DNA of 55,191 nt, filler included, from Sphacelaria rigidula (lineage: Eukaryota), in the NCBI GenBank assembly GCA_964200075.2. It is 6 parts of 6 records of this genome, joined end to end, with 100 filler letters (N's around TTAATTAATTAA, not from the genome) between each part and the next. Parts side by side here need not be neighbours in the genome. Positions count along the whole stretch, not along the records: positions 36,862 to 45,976 come from CAXNAA020009267.1; positions 46,077 to 55,191 come from CAXNAA020009268.1; 4 more parts are not named here. The stretch is one strand, 5' to 3'. A model generated the notes under the pieces. It did no database searches, had not been told where the DNA came from, and saw nothing but the letters and a program-made list of their open reading frames with translations. Numbering within the stretch: position 1 is the stretch's first letter; every line of letters begins with the position of its first letter. Position numbers and translations under genes: made by a program. Of the stretch, positions 38,457 through 49,235 are shown one piece after another.

Positions 38457-38498
38457 AATCCTAATCCTAATCCTAACCCTAACCCTGACCCTAACCCA
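38457..38498 (+). repeat. Interstitial telomere-like (CCCTAA)n
   Basis: CCTAATCCTAATCCTAACCCTAACCCTGACCCTAACCC. Confidence 0.7.
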
Positions 38499-39199
38499 AG
38501 GAATACCGAGAACCCTCGGGCAAGGAGGATACTGAGAGCCGTCGGGCAGGGGGGGTGCAAAGTGTAATGATAATAAAATCAATTAAGGGTACTCATCGAA
38601 AGTATCTTCTAGTACGAAGTGGTACTGTAATTATCTCCTGTTTCGCACGTTAGTGTCGAATTTCTCTGAGCATGGAGAAAAGTACCGCCTGCAGCTCGGC
38701 ACTGCGGTGAAATAGCCCAAGCCAGAGGATCCATATTTTTACGCCTGGTTGCCGGCTGGGCTGAACAATGAAGCAGCTGCGATGATTAACCCTTCGGGAA
38801 CCCAGCGCTGGTTTTTGTTTTTGTGAATCAGCATAATTTTCAGCCATTTTCAAGTCAAAATGATGCCGATCCACAAAAACAAAAACCAGCACTGCGTTCC
38901 CAAAGGGTTGAAAAAAACATCCGACAAAGCATGACTGGGGCCACGAGACTCTGGACCCATCGCCCCTGGCTTCCACCCCTTATGTCCCTTTCACAGGCAT
39001 GTCTGTAGAAGCCCTCGTCCCTAACCTCGTGTGCAGAGGTTTTGATTGCTTGGCTTGATTGATCGGTCGTCGCACATTAACTCATCTGCTACGAGTCATG
39101 ATCCAGCCGTGATCACCGGGTATGGATATGACCGAGGTGAACGGACGAGAAGATCTGCGAGATTGAAAATCTTCCAAGGGTAAAACGGATCAATCATCG

Positions 39200-39440
39200 C
39201 TGGTTCGAATAATCAAATCTGCCATTTTTTAGGTCTGATCGCTCAAAAGGGACAAAAGCGTTGACCGCGACTCGATACCCCCTGTACGCAATTTTGGCTT
39301 CATTCCACGTGCCTACCTGGGGTGCGCGTACCTGGGTCGCGACGCTAGAAACAAAGCCCAAGGATTGATTCGTGCGGTACGAATCAATTACGCTGAAAGC
39401 AAGTGATTTTCTATCTCTATTATTCGTCCGATACTTGAAA
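39200..39440 (+). repeat. Dispersed repeat family C
   Basis: Homologous to 3850-4030. Confidence 0.7.
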
Positions 39441-42002
39441 TTTTTCTTCCTCAAGCACTCCACGGGCATGAACGGCTGTCATGATCCTTCTGCCCAACGA
39501 TCGAGAAAATGAGGGTGGGCGCGCGCGCGTTTCGGGGGCGTACTCGTTGATTGCTTGCCTTAGTAGTCATTTTACCATTGACCACGCAACCGTTTCGAGA
39601 AGGGAGCACTGGTGAGGGTATCGAATCGTTAAGTCATCGATTGGTTGATTGTTGTATACTAAGTTGTTCACCACGATCCCAAGGTTCGCACGCTGGATAA
39701 CACCCCTCTTGATAATTTTTGTTACTGTCTTTGAAGCCATGCCGTTATCTCCCGTTGCGTATAAGACCCTATATGCAAGGTACCTTACCACACGTGTACG
39801 TCGAGGACTCTTCATTTTCCCCCATCGGCAGTACAGTGAGATAGCTCTGTTCTGCATGCTCACTGAACGGAAGTTCCCGGGTTCGACTTCCGGCCCCGAT
39901 ATATGCGACAAAAATATTTGAAGAAAAATCTCAAAGTTAACCCTTAGACGACGAGCGTCGCCTCGGAATAGTTGTACAGGCTCACAGTCCCGAGACATCC
40001 GGGGGTTTCCAGGGCTCGGGGGGGTGGTATTTGAGAGGGGGGGGGGGGGGGGTTTTCCGCGGAGCATCGGAGAAGCTCACAGAGTCAACCATGTATGTTT
40101 GGAAGTTTCTCGCGGAAAATCATGAGCAGTGCACGAGGCCGGAGAGGCGCGGGATGACCATTCTGACCAATCACAGTCATCAAAGTGAGCACTTTTGTTC
40201 CGGTAGAGGTAGACAGCTGGTACACACATTCGCCGTCTACCCTCTAATCTTATTTTGATCATCCCAAATCAACCATAGATTATATAACCAAAAAGAAGGT
40301 CTTGAGCATCTTCGGTACACTGTGTCTGTTCAGTACTGCCTGGGCGTCCTACTAGCTCCACACCTCCATCTGGTATAGAACGTCATGGCGCAACACGCGA
40401 GCGGCAGCCACGAGTATCCTACACCCGTAGATGTAGACAAGTACTTCAACGGTGAGTCGGCGGCCATCGCTGAGCAATTGCTGTGCGGTAGTCAGGGGCG
40501 GTCGCGGCGGTAGTCATGGTGCGATATCCAAGCGCACGCTGTGTACACTCGGCACGTTCAACATTGCAAGATCCAGTACGCGGCAGACTGCACGTGCAGC
40601 CGCGGCGCGATACACTACAGACTGCACAGCAAAAATATGAGGCGTTATAATCAGGTGGTTGACAACAACAACACCGTCTGTGTTATGACTCTCACAACTA
40701 TGCGCCTCTTACGCACTCCCCGTCCCTTCCGCCGTAGAAGGCGTTTTGAGTTATGACAACGGAATGATTCTGAACCCCAAAAGTAGAGTGTCTAAGGGTT
40801 AAGCGAGTTACATAGCGTTGGTGAATTTGGCGGGAAATAAAAAAAAATGTCGGGGGAACAGCAACCAAAGTGTGAAAACTCACGGAGGGGCAAGTATCCT
40901 GCTGCGATTGTTGCTTTTGCTGGGATTGTTAGGCTTTGTCAAGCCAGTACCTGTAGAGTACCGTGTATACCCAAGTAGCGCGTGAGAAGGAAAAAAAAAA
41001 AAATTTCCTCGGTAGCCGGTGAACAAGCACACCTCTAGAAACCTCTTCTCGATACAAAGCCATAGAGTTTGTCCGAGTTCAGCGCCGAAAAACATTCACA
41101 CTTGATAGCACTTGATTTGAGTGTGAACATCGATTCGGATCTTTAGTAGGGCTGACAGTCCCGAGTGCTTCCGTGCATGTGCAAAACGCCATTTTGTCCG
41201 GAGTGTCACCGCAGGTGCGGAGTTGAGGTCTACCAATGCGCGCTTTGCCTGGTACACTTTACACCCCCCTTGCCTGTGGGTCCTCGTTTTTTGTCTTGGT
41301 TTGGGGTTAGGGTGAGAGTCAAGCGTTAGTTGTTATTTCAAGAATGTATCAACCACGGGTATTTTGGCGCCGGACTGGGACGAACCCGCTTCATACGAAA
41401 GACGCGTGAAGAGGTACGAAGCATAAAGAGGGGTGATCCAGACACTTTCCTATAGGAAGAATTCACCACCACGAGGGTTTGTCGAGGGCTCATCACCTGT
41501 TGATTTTACAGTACTGTATCGGAGTGCGTTTTTCTCCAGCCCCTAAACATCCATCCTGAGGAATGACTTCTTGGACCCCAATTATGTGCCGTTCTCCCGG
41601 GTATCATCGTGTGGCACGTACGGTATGTTGTTGCTGCTGCTGCTGCTGATGCTTGTTGTGTTCAAAGATTGATGCCTCCTCCGGGCAGCTTGTTCACGAT
41701 GAATTAAGTAGACGTTGATCATGGCAAATAAAAGGGAGTGGTCCTCGAAGGGATCAACAGCTTTCATCCACAGCCCCGAGAAGCACATATCAAGCCAATC
41801 TCCCGCTGGCCATTTCAATGTCCCGCGGAGTATTCTCTATTTCGCTCGGGACAGCGTTCCTTCCTACGGAAACTTCCAAATAAATTTATCCGACTACAAT
41901 ACTCTAATAGTTCGAAACACATCCTACAATACTTCGAAAGATATGTGCAGATGCAGAATTGACCAATAAACAAATACGCTGTTGCTGCCGTTGTCGGGTT
42001 TT

Positions 42003-42043
<41 letters not shown>

Positions 42044-42086
42044 TACACACCTTTTTTTATACTGTACTGGGTACTGGGTACTTGAG

Positions 42087-42178
42087 GTGGTTGTGCTGAA
42101 CAAGATCGATCTGCCTGTCGTCGAGGAGAAAAAGAGCGAGCTCGAGGAGGCCCTCAAGCAACACATGCAGCATTCCAG
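42087..42178 (+). CDS. obg: Obg-family GTPase, exon with G4 motif NKID
   Basis: GAG acceptor, GTAAGC donor, phase 0-2. VVVLNKIDLPVVEEKKSELEEALKQHMQHS(R) continues KPQ in frame. Confidence 0.9.
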
Positions 42179-42351
42179 GTAAGCACCTCGTGTACACGGG
42201 ATTACAAAAAAAAATGTATTTTGCACAAAAGGGCGTTGTTTGCGCACGGGATAAGGCATTATCGTGTCCAGTCGTGTTGGTCCTTGTCGAAAGTTTGTGA
42301 CATATATATATATATTATATATATCGTTTTTTTTTGTCTTTTTTGTTACAC

Positions 42352-42710
42352 TTACCATCTTAACCACTCTACTTCCTCGGGATGAATCCGTGGACTCAAG
42401 TCTCGAGGGATCGATCAACTAGTCTCGCACCCGGTGCCGTACTCGCCTTGCATTTTGGTCTCGCGGATCGGATCATGACCACGCACTACCGCACCGCGTC
42501 GACTCTTGTCAAAAATAATCAGTCGAACAAAGTCTTTTTGTTACCCACGTGCGTCCTCACGTACGTCCTCACGCTTCCAATGGGGGATAATCAGGTACAC
42601 TACTTCTGAGAACGAAGCCAAACTCAATGCATCCGGCGGGAATCGAACGCTCGTTCTTGTCCACCTTCATGGGTGTTAGGTGTACCCGTACCATGACACC
42701 GCCGGGGTGC
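42352..42710 (-). mobile_element. SINE family B, near full length
   Basis: Minus-strand tRNA-like head GGCACCCCGGCG...GTTCGATTCCCGCCGGATGCA (B-box). Body and tail match 1-180. Confidence 0.7.
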
Positions 42711-43014
42711 CGCGGAGACCGCTTGTGGCAGTGTGTGGCGTGTGTGACACTCTGACCTCAACAACGTGGCATGCGGTGTGGTCGCTTTGATTTGCCGCCG
42801 GTGTGACAGGGTGCTTGTGTGTAAAATCTGCAAAGGATGCTCAGGACAAGTTCCCTCAACAGGGTACTCCGGCGGGTTTCCAGCGTGTTTGCAGTGCCGA
42901 GTTCCTGAGGGGGTACTTGGGAAACCGAGTGTCGAGAATGGCCATGTTGTATTTCTGGGTACTGCAAGTGTCGACCAACAAAAGGTGGTACTGAGTGTTC
43001 CGGGACACCTGCAA

Positions 43015-43290
43015 ATATTTTAAGGGTCGGACGAATAAATGATCCGTCCGGAAATTGCTGGATTTCAGTGTAATTGATTCGTACTGTACGAACCAATCCT
43101 TAGGCTTTGTTTTCAGCGTTGCAACGCAGGTACACGCAGCCCAGGCACGTGGAATGCTGCAAAAATTGCGTGTAGACCCGTTTAACCAGCGGTCGACTTT
43201 TTTTCTCTCTTTCGAACAATTAGGTCGAAGACATCGTGGATTTGATGATAAGAATCGGCGATGGTTCGTCCGAAGCATGAAATATTCAGT
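43015..43290 (-). repeat. Dispersed repeat family C, inverted copy
   Basis: Reverse complement of 3760-4030 and 39200-39440. Confidence 0.7.
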
Positions 43291-43869
43291 CCCACCGGAC
43301 CGCGCCTTATGGTACCTTGATCACCTTAATCCTTAGACCGCAAGGGTAGTCCATCTGAATCATGCACACTTGTTCGAGTGAAATTGATGCCGATTCAACA
43401 GATGATCTACTCTCGCCGTCTAGGGGTTGCATATTTTGCGACAACGTGATCTGGGATCCGTACGTTGATCTCATTTTGGCATGGATCTTGCGGCGATGTC
43501 ATCATGTCATGATGATGCGTGCAGCTGCTGGAAGTGGCCTACAGTATCCAAGCGATGAAAAGCGATGAATCTAAGACAGCCAAAACCAGCATACTGTGTT
43601 GTCAAGATTGGAGTGGTGGAGCCGCAAAAAATAGGGAGCTGCGGCGAACAAGGCGGGATTATAATTGTAGCCACAAGGCGATTGTTTTCGGCTCTTCAGA
43701 ATCTTGTGTAAATTTTCATTTTTTTCCCCTCTTTTTTGCGATATTTTACCCGCAAATTGTTGTATTGTGATATTTACTCCTTCCTCTTTTTTGTTTCTTC
43801 TTCGTTTTCTCCTATATCTTCGTTTTCCTCGGCCTACACTGTTCTGTTCTACCTTTTATGTTTCTTCTT

Positions 43870-43992
43870 TGTCCTTCAGCGAGTGTTTCCGTTTTGTCTT
43901 CATCTCAGGCACGTCTGTCGTGTGACTTGACCACGGCTGTACCCTGGGGGGTCAGGCAAAGTGCGACAATCACTCCATCAAATAATCGATTG
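43870..43992 (+). repeat. Retroposon-tail family E ending in (CAAT)n-like repeats
   Basis: CTC.GG.AC.T..TC.TGT...TGA.CACGGCTG...AGTGCG..AATCA shared with 21640-21745 (+), 44490-44630 (+) and 39045-39140 (-). Confidence 0.55.
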
Positions 43993-44160
43993 TGGCGGGT
44001 TCTTTCATGCTTGGTGATCAAACCAGCCACTTTTCTGGGGCAAGCTATCGCGGGATCACTCAAATGTGATAGAACATTTTCTTCGAACCCTCTTCCGTGG
44101 AAAATTAAAAATGAATTAAAACCGGACACTTGCGTTGTTCTTGTGTGTATGTATCTCAAG

Positions 44161-44386
44161 GTTGATGTCGATCAGCGCCGGGCAAGGCGATCACGTGTCG
44201 GAGTTGATGATGAGAACCCGGCGATTCCTGGATAGCGTGGAAGCCGCAGAGGCGGAGAAGACGCGCCTTGAGATGCTCGAGGCGGCCATGGGCAGGAGCG
44301 GTTACAATGATCACGGGGAAGGTGGACACACCGTATTTCTTGTTGCTTTTACGGCATTTGAACATGACCTGCGATTCTACAAATAG
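44161..44386 (+). CDS. obg: Obg-family GTPase, exon with G5 motif ISA (3' boundary uncertain: donor at 44322 or stop at 44384-86)
   Basis: AAG acceptor, phase 2 matches the previous exon. LMSISAGQGDHVSELMMRTRRFLDSVEAAEAEKTRLEMLEAAMG. Confidence 0.82.
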
Positions 44387-45456
44387 TAAGATATCCGGAG
44401 TTGTGGTGCACTGATCGTAGCTTTATTTATCCATTTCCAGTTTTTTTTTTCCTCTCTCGATCTTTCCTTCCTGTTCTCTTCTTCACTTCACTCCAGCGAG
44501 TGATCCCGTTTTTATTTATTTATTCTCGGGTACGTCCATCATGTAACCTGATCACGGCTGGATCCCTTGGGGTACAATATCACCTAGTGCGCCACAATCA
44601 ATCAACCAACCTATCAATCTATCAACCAATGGGTCATGCCACGGTAGGGGTTGCACGTTTGGGCCCAGATCGTTCTCATTTTGAGGCTCGTACAAATAGG
44701 AAGTACAAAATATATGGGTCAGGAAATTCCCGTTTCAAAATCCATTCGAGACATCCCTGGCTGCCCGTTGCAGTGCTGATCGTGGCGTTTTCTCATATTT
44801 TGCGTGAGTCTATCTTTTGGACGAGAGAAAGGACTCCTACGAATTCAAACCTCAGAAAGTATTATGTGCACCCCTAAGGTGATATTCCTCCAAATCAACC
44901 AACCAATCGAATCCCGCGGGTGGTGTGTTCCGGTTTCTTATGCGGGTTGTAACGGCATATAGATGGGGTCGTCTTTTCACATTGCAGCCATTGGAACATG
45001 ACTTGCGATTCTAAAAGTAGTCAGATATCCTGAGTTGTCGTGCGCTGGCTTCCGCCTATTTCTTGTCCGCTGTGGCTGCTACTGCTGCTTAGGTTTCCAT
45101 GCTGTTTGTAACGGTACGTAGTTGGGTCGCATTTAATAATGTTTCCGTGAGATTAAGAGTAGAGGATACGATTGAAAGTGAAAAGCGGTCAAATAGTGAA
45201 TATATCGTTTCAGTTCCGAAATGCCCCTCCACAAGGTCTAATACGCTTTCTGTAGTAGCTTGCCACTGAGGCTCTTGGTATACCTGAGTAGGATATCGAC
45301 GTGTAGCTGTGAGCACACGCCAGTGATAGAGGCAAAGAAAAGCACACACGGAATGAAAAATCGGCTGATTTGAAGCGAATGATCAAAGACACTCTCAATC
45401 AGCGCTCTACTCTCCCATCTCACGAAAGCGTTGTTATTCGTCCATTTGCCACGACC

Positions 45457-45796
45457 GGTGGCCCCGCTGGTTCAGTTGGTAACTAAAAAACAACTCGACG
45501 GTTAGGTGTTGAGTTCGACCCTTGGCGGAGTCTGGTCTGGCGAGTTGACTTTTTTTCTCGTTTACCTCGAATGAGAACGCGATTGTTTCGGGAGTACATA
45601 AATAGTCGATGTAAGTATCCACGAGGGAGAAGGACAGCCGACCCCCCTTCCCGATAAAAAGGGAAGGCAAGCACCGCAGAAGGAAGGCGGGGAAAGAAAA
45701 AGCTCCTGTGTGACCGCGGCTGGTGCGCCCGCATATACCGAAAGGTGTGGGTTCCCTGAACAAATGGGATGAAAACACACACGCACACACACACAC
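45457..45796 (+). mobile_element. tRNA-derived SINE family A, full length
   Basis: A-box TGGTTCAGTTGG, B-box GAGTTCGACCC, unique body, (CA)n tail. Other copies at 11270-11490, 45900-45976 and 48790-49041 (-). Confidence 0.8.
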
Positions 45797-45899
45797 TCGT
45801 GGTGAATGGTCGGTAGCAAAATATTACGTCATCGGCCAGCCCCAGGCGGAGTTGATTGATTGCTTCATCTGTTGATCACTTGTTGCATAAAACAAAGCC

Positions 45900-45976
45900 G
45901 GTCGCCCCGGTGGCTCAGTTGGTAATCTCGTAACCTTCTGAAAGTTGAGTTGTAGGGTTCGATTCCCGGAGCGATC
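45900..45976 (+). mobile_element. SINE family A tRNA-like head (cut by spacer)
   Basis: GGTCGCCCCGGTGGCTCAGTTGGTAA...GGGTTCGATTCCC. Confidence 0.7.
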
Positions 45977-46076
45977 NNNNNNNNNNNNNNNNNNNNNNNN
46001 NNNNNNNNNNNNNNNNNNNNTTAATTAATTAANNNNNNNNNNNNNNNNNNNNNNNNNNNNNNNNNNNNNNNNNNNN
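45977..46076. other. Artificial spacer
   Basis: N44-TTAATTAATTAA-N44. Confidence 0.99.
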
Positions 46077-47681
46077 TTTGGTTTGCGTTCCCCCATCGGG
46101 CTGCACGTGAGAGATGTTGAAACCCCCCCCGTGACAGTAGGAGACATGGGAAAATCAGAATATAAGGAAATATGGTTGAGTGCCGTGCGTGCAGAACTAA
46201 ACGGGCATGAAACCGCAGGCATATTCTCAGAAGAAGAAATCCCAAAAGGAGTAAACATAATCACGGCAAAATGGGTGTTCATCTGGAAAACCGACGGTAA
46301 TGGTGCAATAACTAAAGCGTAGGCGAGACTAGTGGCGCGTGGGTTTGGTCAGAGATTCGCGGTAGACTATTTTGAGACGTTTGCAGTCACCCCAGCCATG
46401 ACTTTAATAAAATTGGTCATAGCCGTGGCAGTACAGAGAGGATGGCTATTGTATCACTTCGACGTGACCCAGGCTTTCGTACAAGCCAATTGGACACGAA
46501 TGTGTTCATGAAGCTCCCAGACGGGTGTGGCCCCTTGACAGGTAGCACGGTTAGACAGGAGAAATCCATATACGGGGTCAAGCAAGCAGGGAGGCAACGG
46601 TCTCTCCTCCGGAACAACACATTGATGGGAAGATGCAGGGATGCAACAAAGTAAGGCAGACCCGTGTGTGTACAAACAGGAGGAAGGGAGGAATGTGTGA
46701 GCCGTACTCGTTGTGCATGTAGATGACATCTTAATTGGAGGTGAAACAAAGAGAGTGGAAAAGGTATGCGATATCCTAAACAAAAGATTTCCGATGAACA
46801 ACCTGGGTGAAGAGCAGTGGTATATGGGGTGTGCCATAGAGAGGCATTGGAAGAGATGTACCATGTACGTGAACCAGACGACCTTTATCGACACCATGCT
46901 GAAGCGCTTTGAAGTTACGGATTTTTCTGATATTCCCGCCTCAGTATCAGCAGACTTAGGGCCGGGAAAGCAAGGAGACAAGGTTGTGGATAGACCATAC
47001 CGGAGTACCGTGGGAGGATTGATGTGGTTGGCTGGGATAACCAGGCCCGACATTGCAAATACAGCCCGAGACCTGGCCCGTTAATCACATGACCCATGTG
47101 AAAGATACTGGCGAGGGGGTGTGAAAGTTTTGGCGTACCTCAACACAACCAGAAATTACAGTTTGACTTTCACTTGAGGGGCAAGTATGCTCTCAGTCTA
47201 TTGTGATGCCGACTACGCCAAGAAAGATACAGACAGGCGATCAGTTTCCGGGGTAGCGGTCATGTACGGGGGGATAGCAATATCAAGTACTAGTCGAACG
47301 CAACACTGCGTTACCCTGTCAACCACCGAAGCTGAGTACGTAGCGATGGCAGAAGGGGCGAAGGAATGCATGTTTGTCAGGTCGGTACTGTCTTTCCTAC
47401 GACCAAGGCATGTGTTGGGATGACAAGTGGAGTATGACATTAATCTCTATCAAGACAACGAGTGGGCCAAGGCTCTAGCCGACAAACCTCTCAGCTCGGG
47501 TCGTAGTTAGCATATCGGCGTGAGGTGGCACTTTATCAGGGACTTATTTATTACGGGAGCAGTAGGGATCGTACATGTGGATTCGGAGTGGCAAAACGTT
47601 GATATTTTTACAAAGCCGCTCCCGATCACGCTGTTCAAGAGGCATCGTCGCGCCTTGATGAACATTGGGGACAGCGAGTAG
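46077..47681 (+). mobile_element. Ty1/Copia pol relic (RT + RNase H), inactivated
   Basis: AKWVFIWK...KA*ARLVARGFGQ; DV.QAF; KSIYGVKQAGR; VHVDDILI; PYRSTVGGLMWL..TRPDIA; YCDADYA..DRRSVSG; STTEAEY; HI.VRWHFIRD; DIFTKPL. Several stops and frameshifts (e.g. 46320, 46652, 47082, 47421). Confidence 0.96.
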
Positions 47682-47995
47682 GCACATATTTTGTTTTGTG
47701 TATGCCTTTCAATTTGTCAGCTCTGAATGTTTCAGGTCATGGTTTCCGTAATGCATCTGCACTTATATCGGGTGAAGCCTCTCGCTACTTTGTGGGGCAT
47801 GGGTTTGTAGGGCGTTTCCCGTTGTCAAGTGCAGGTGCCCTGGCCTGGGCGTCTGCGAAAAAGGGCTGTTTGTTTTTGAGCTCAAGCGGTGGAGTTTGTG
47901 TGATGGGGGATTTTGCTCGGAAGGTCGAGTTTCCTCCTTATTATTATTATCATTTTTTTGAGCTTCGAGTGCTGAGGTATCCGATCAGGGGGGGG

Positions 47996-48338
47996 TGTTC
48001 GAGTGATTCAGATACCCAGTAATGGTGGATCCACGTGGAACTAGGGATCGGGGTGACGTATGAGTACCGACAGTCAAGTGTGTGCAAATGTGGTACAGTA
48101 CGGCTGAGGGCGCACGAGCAGCTTGCACCCGTGCCCACTCTCCCTCAGCTACTCTCCATCTCATCAGCACTCTCCCAAGTTACAGTAGAACTTGGGTGCT
48201 CTCCAATAAAAGATTTGAAACCATTACCTTGTGCCTGAGCCAAGGAACAGATGATAGCTCGAGTGCGCCTTTGCACAAGCCGAGCCACCCTACCATCACT
48301 ACCATCTACTGCCCCTCTTCCAGCAAAGAAGTCCAACA
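47996..48338 (+). mobile_element. Copia 3' LTR
   Basis: Polypurine tract AGGGGGGGG (47987-95) directly followed by TGTT...AACA termini. Internal AATAAA near 48205. Confidence 0.8.
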
Positions 48339-48567
48339 CCGGTGAGACTGATTGTCTGACCGTGAGATTAGATTGATTGCTTGGATGCTGGGAGGTTGGG
48401 ACCAAGCAATAAATAAGAGATACTGCCTGCGCGTGAAATATTGGTATCTGTCGGACACTTCTGTGTGAGGTGGTGTCTGTTTAGTAGGCCGGCTGCTCAG
48501 TTTGCGGACTGGCCCCTTGCCTTGCCTAGTGAGCCTGTGCTTGCCATAAAAGCATCGTAACCCCATT

Positions 48568-48600
<33 letters not shown>

Positions 48601-48789
48601 GTGGCAACGAATTTGACCATTTGACCGCCATGATGGGCTATCTGTTGTTGAATCGGCATCACTTACTTGGACTTGACAAATTACTGCGTGGCCCAGATGA
48701 CCTACCCTACCGATCAAAGGATTACAACAGTAAATATGAAGTAAAGTCGAGACCATGCGATATACATGCATGATGGTTGTGTGCGTTAC

Positions 48790-49041
48790 GTGTCACACAG
48801 GAGGAGGCCAGCACAGGAAGTTCTGTGGTGGTCGCCTTATTTTTTATCGCGGGAGAGGTTCAGCGGTCCCTTTCCCTGGTCGACCGTGAAATCGAATCTT
48901 GTCTACGCACGAAATAGTTGCCGTCCACTGTTGGACATGGTGTGAGATAAAATTCCAGATCGTGTGACTGTACGGACGCTCGGACCCACGATCCAGCCGT
49001 CATAAGGTTTCGGGGTTACCAACTGAGCCACCGGGGCGACC
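48790..49041 (-). mobile_element. SINE family A, minus-strand copy
   Basis: Reverse-complement head GGTCGCCCCGGTGGCTCAGTTGGTAA is identical to 45900. Body CGATAAAAA...CTCCTGTGTGAC matches 45650-45715. Confidence 0.75.
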
Positions 49042-49188
49042 GTCTGCCGACAAAAATTTGAAAAAATAGAAGCCGTTGTTTTTGGAGCCTCACGACGAAA
49101 AAAACGCATGCACGGCAGAGTAGCAGCAGCAGCAGCTACAACAGCAGTCCCGAGACAGTAAAAGGGAAGCGCAGTCGAGATGATGCGA

Positions 49189-49235
49189 CATGCGAGCAAG
49201 ATCACGCAACATGCGAGCAAGATCACGCAACATGC
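49189..49235. repeat. 21-bp tandem duplication
   Basis: (CATGCGAGCAAGATCACGCAA)x2 + CATGC. Confidence 0.85.

Noticed and set aside
41715-41975. Possible LINE ORF2 C-terminus (FNVPRSILYFARDSVPSYG...)
   Set aside because: Resemblance is too weak to call without a search.
45900-45976. Possible tRNA gene (also 7915-7978, 39830-39900, 45457-45530, 48970-49041)
   Set aside because: A/B boxes are present but there is no convincing cloverleaf or anticodon arm. Several are attached to SINE bodies, so they are treated as SINE heads.
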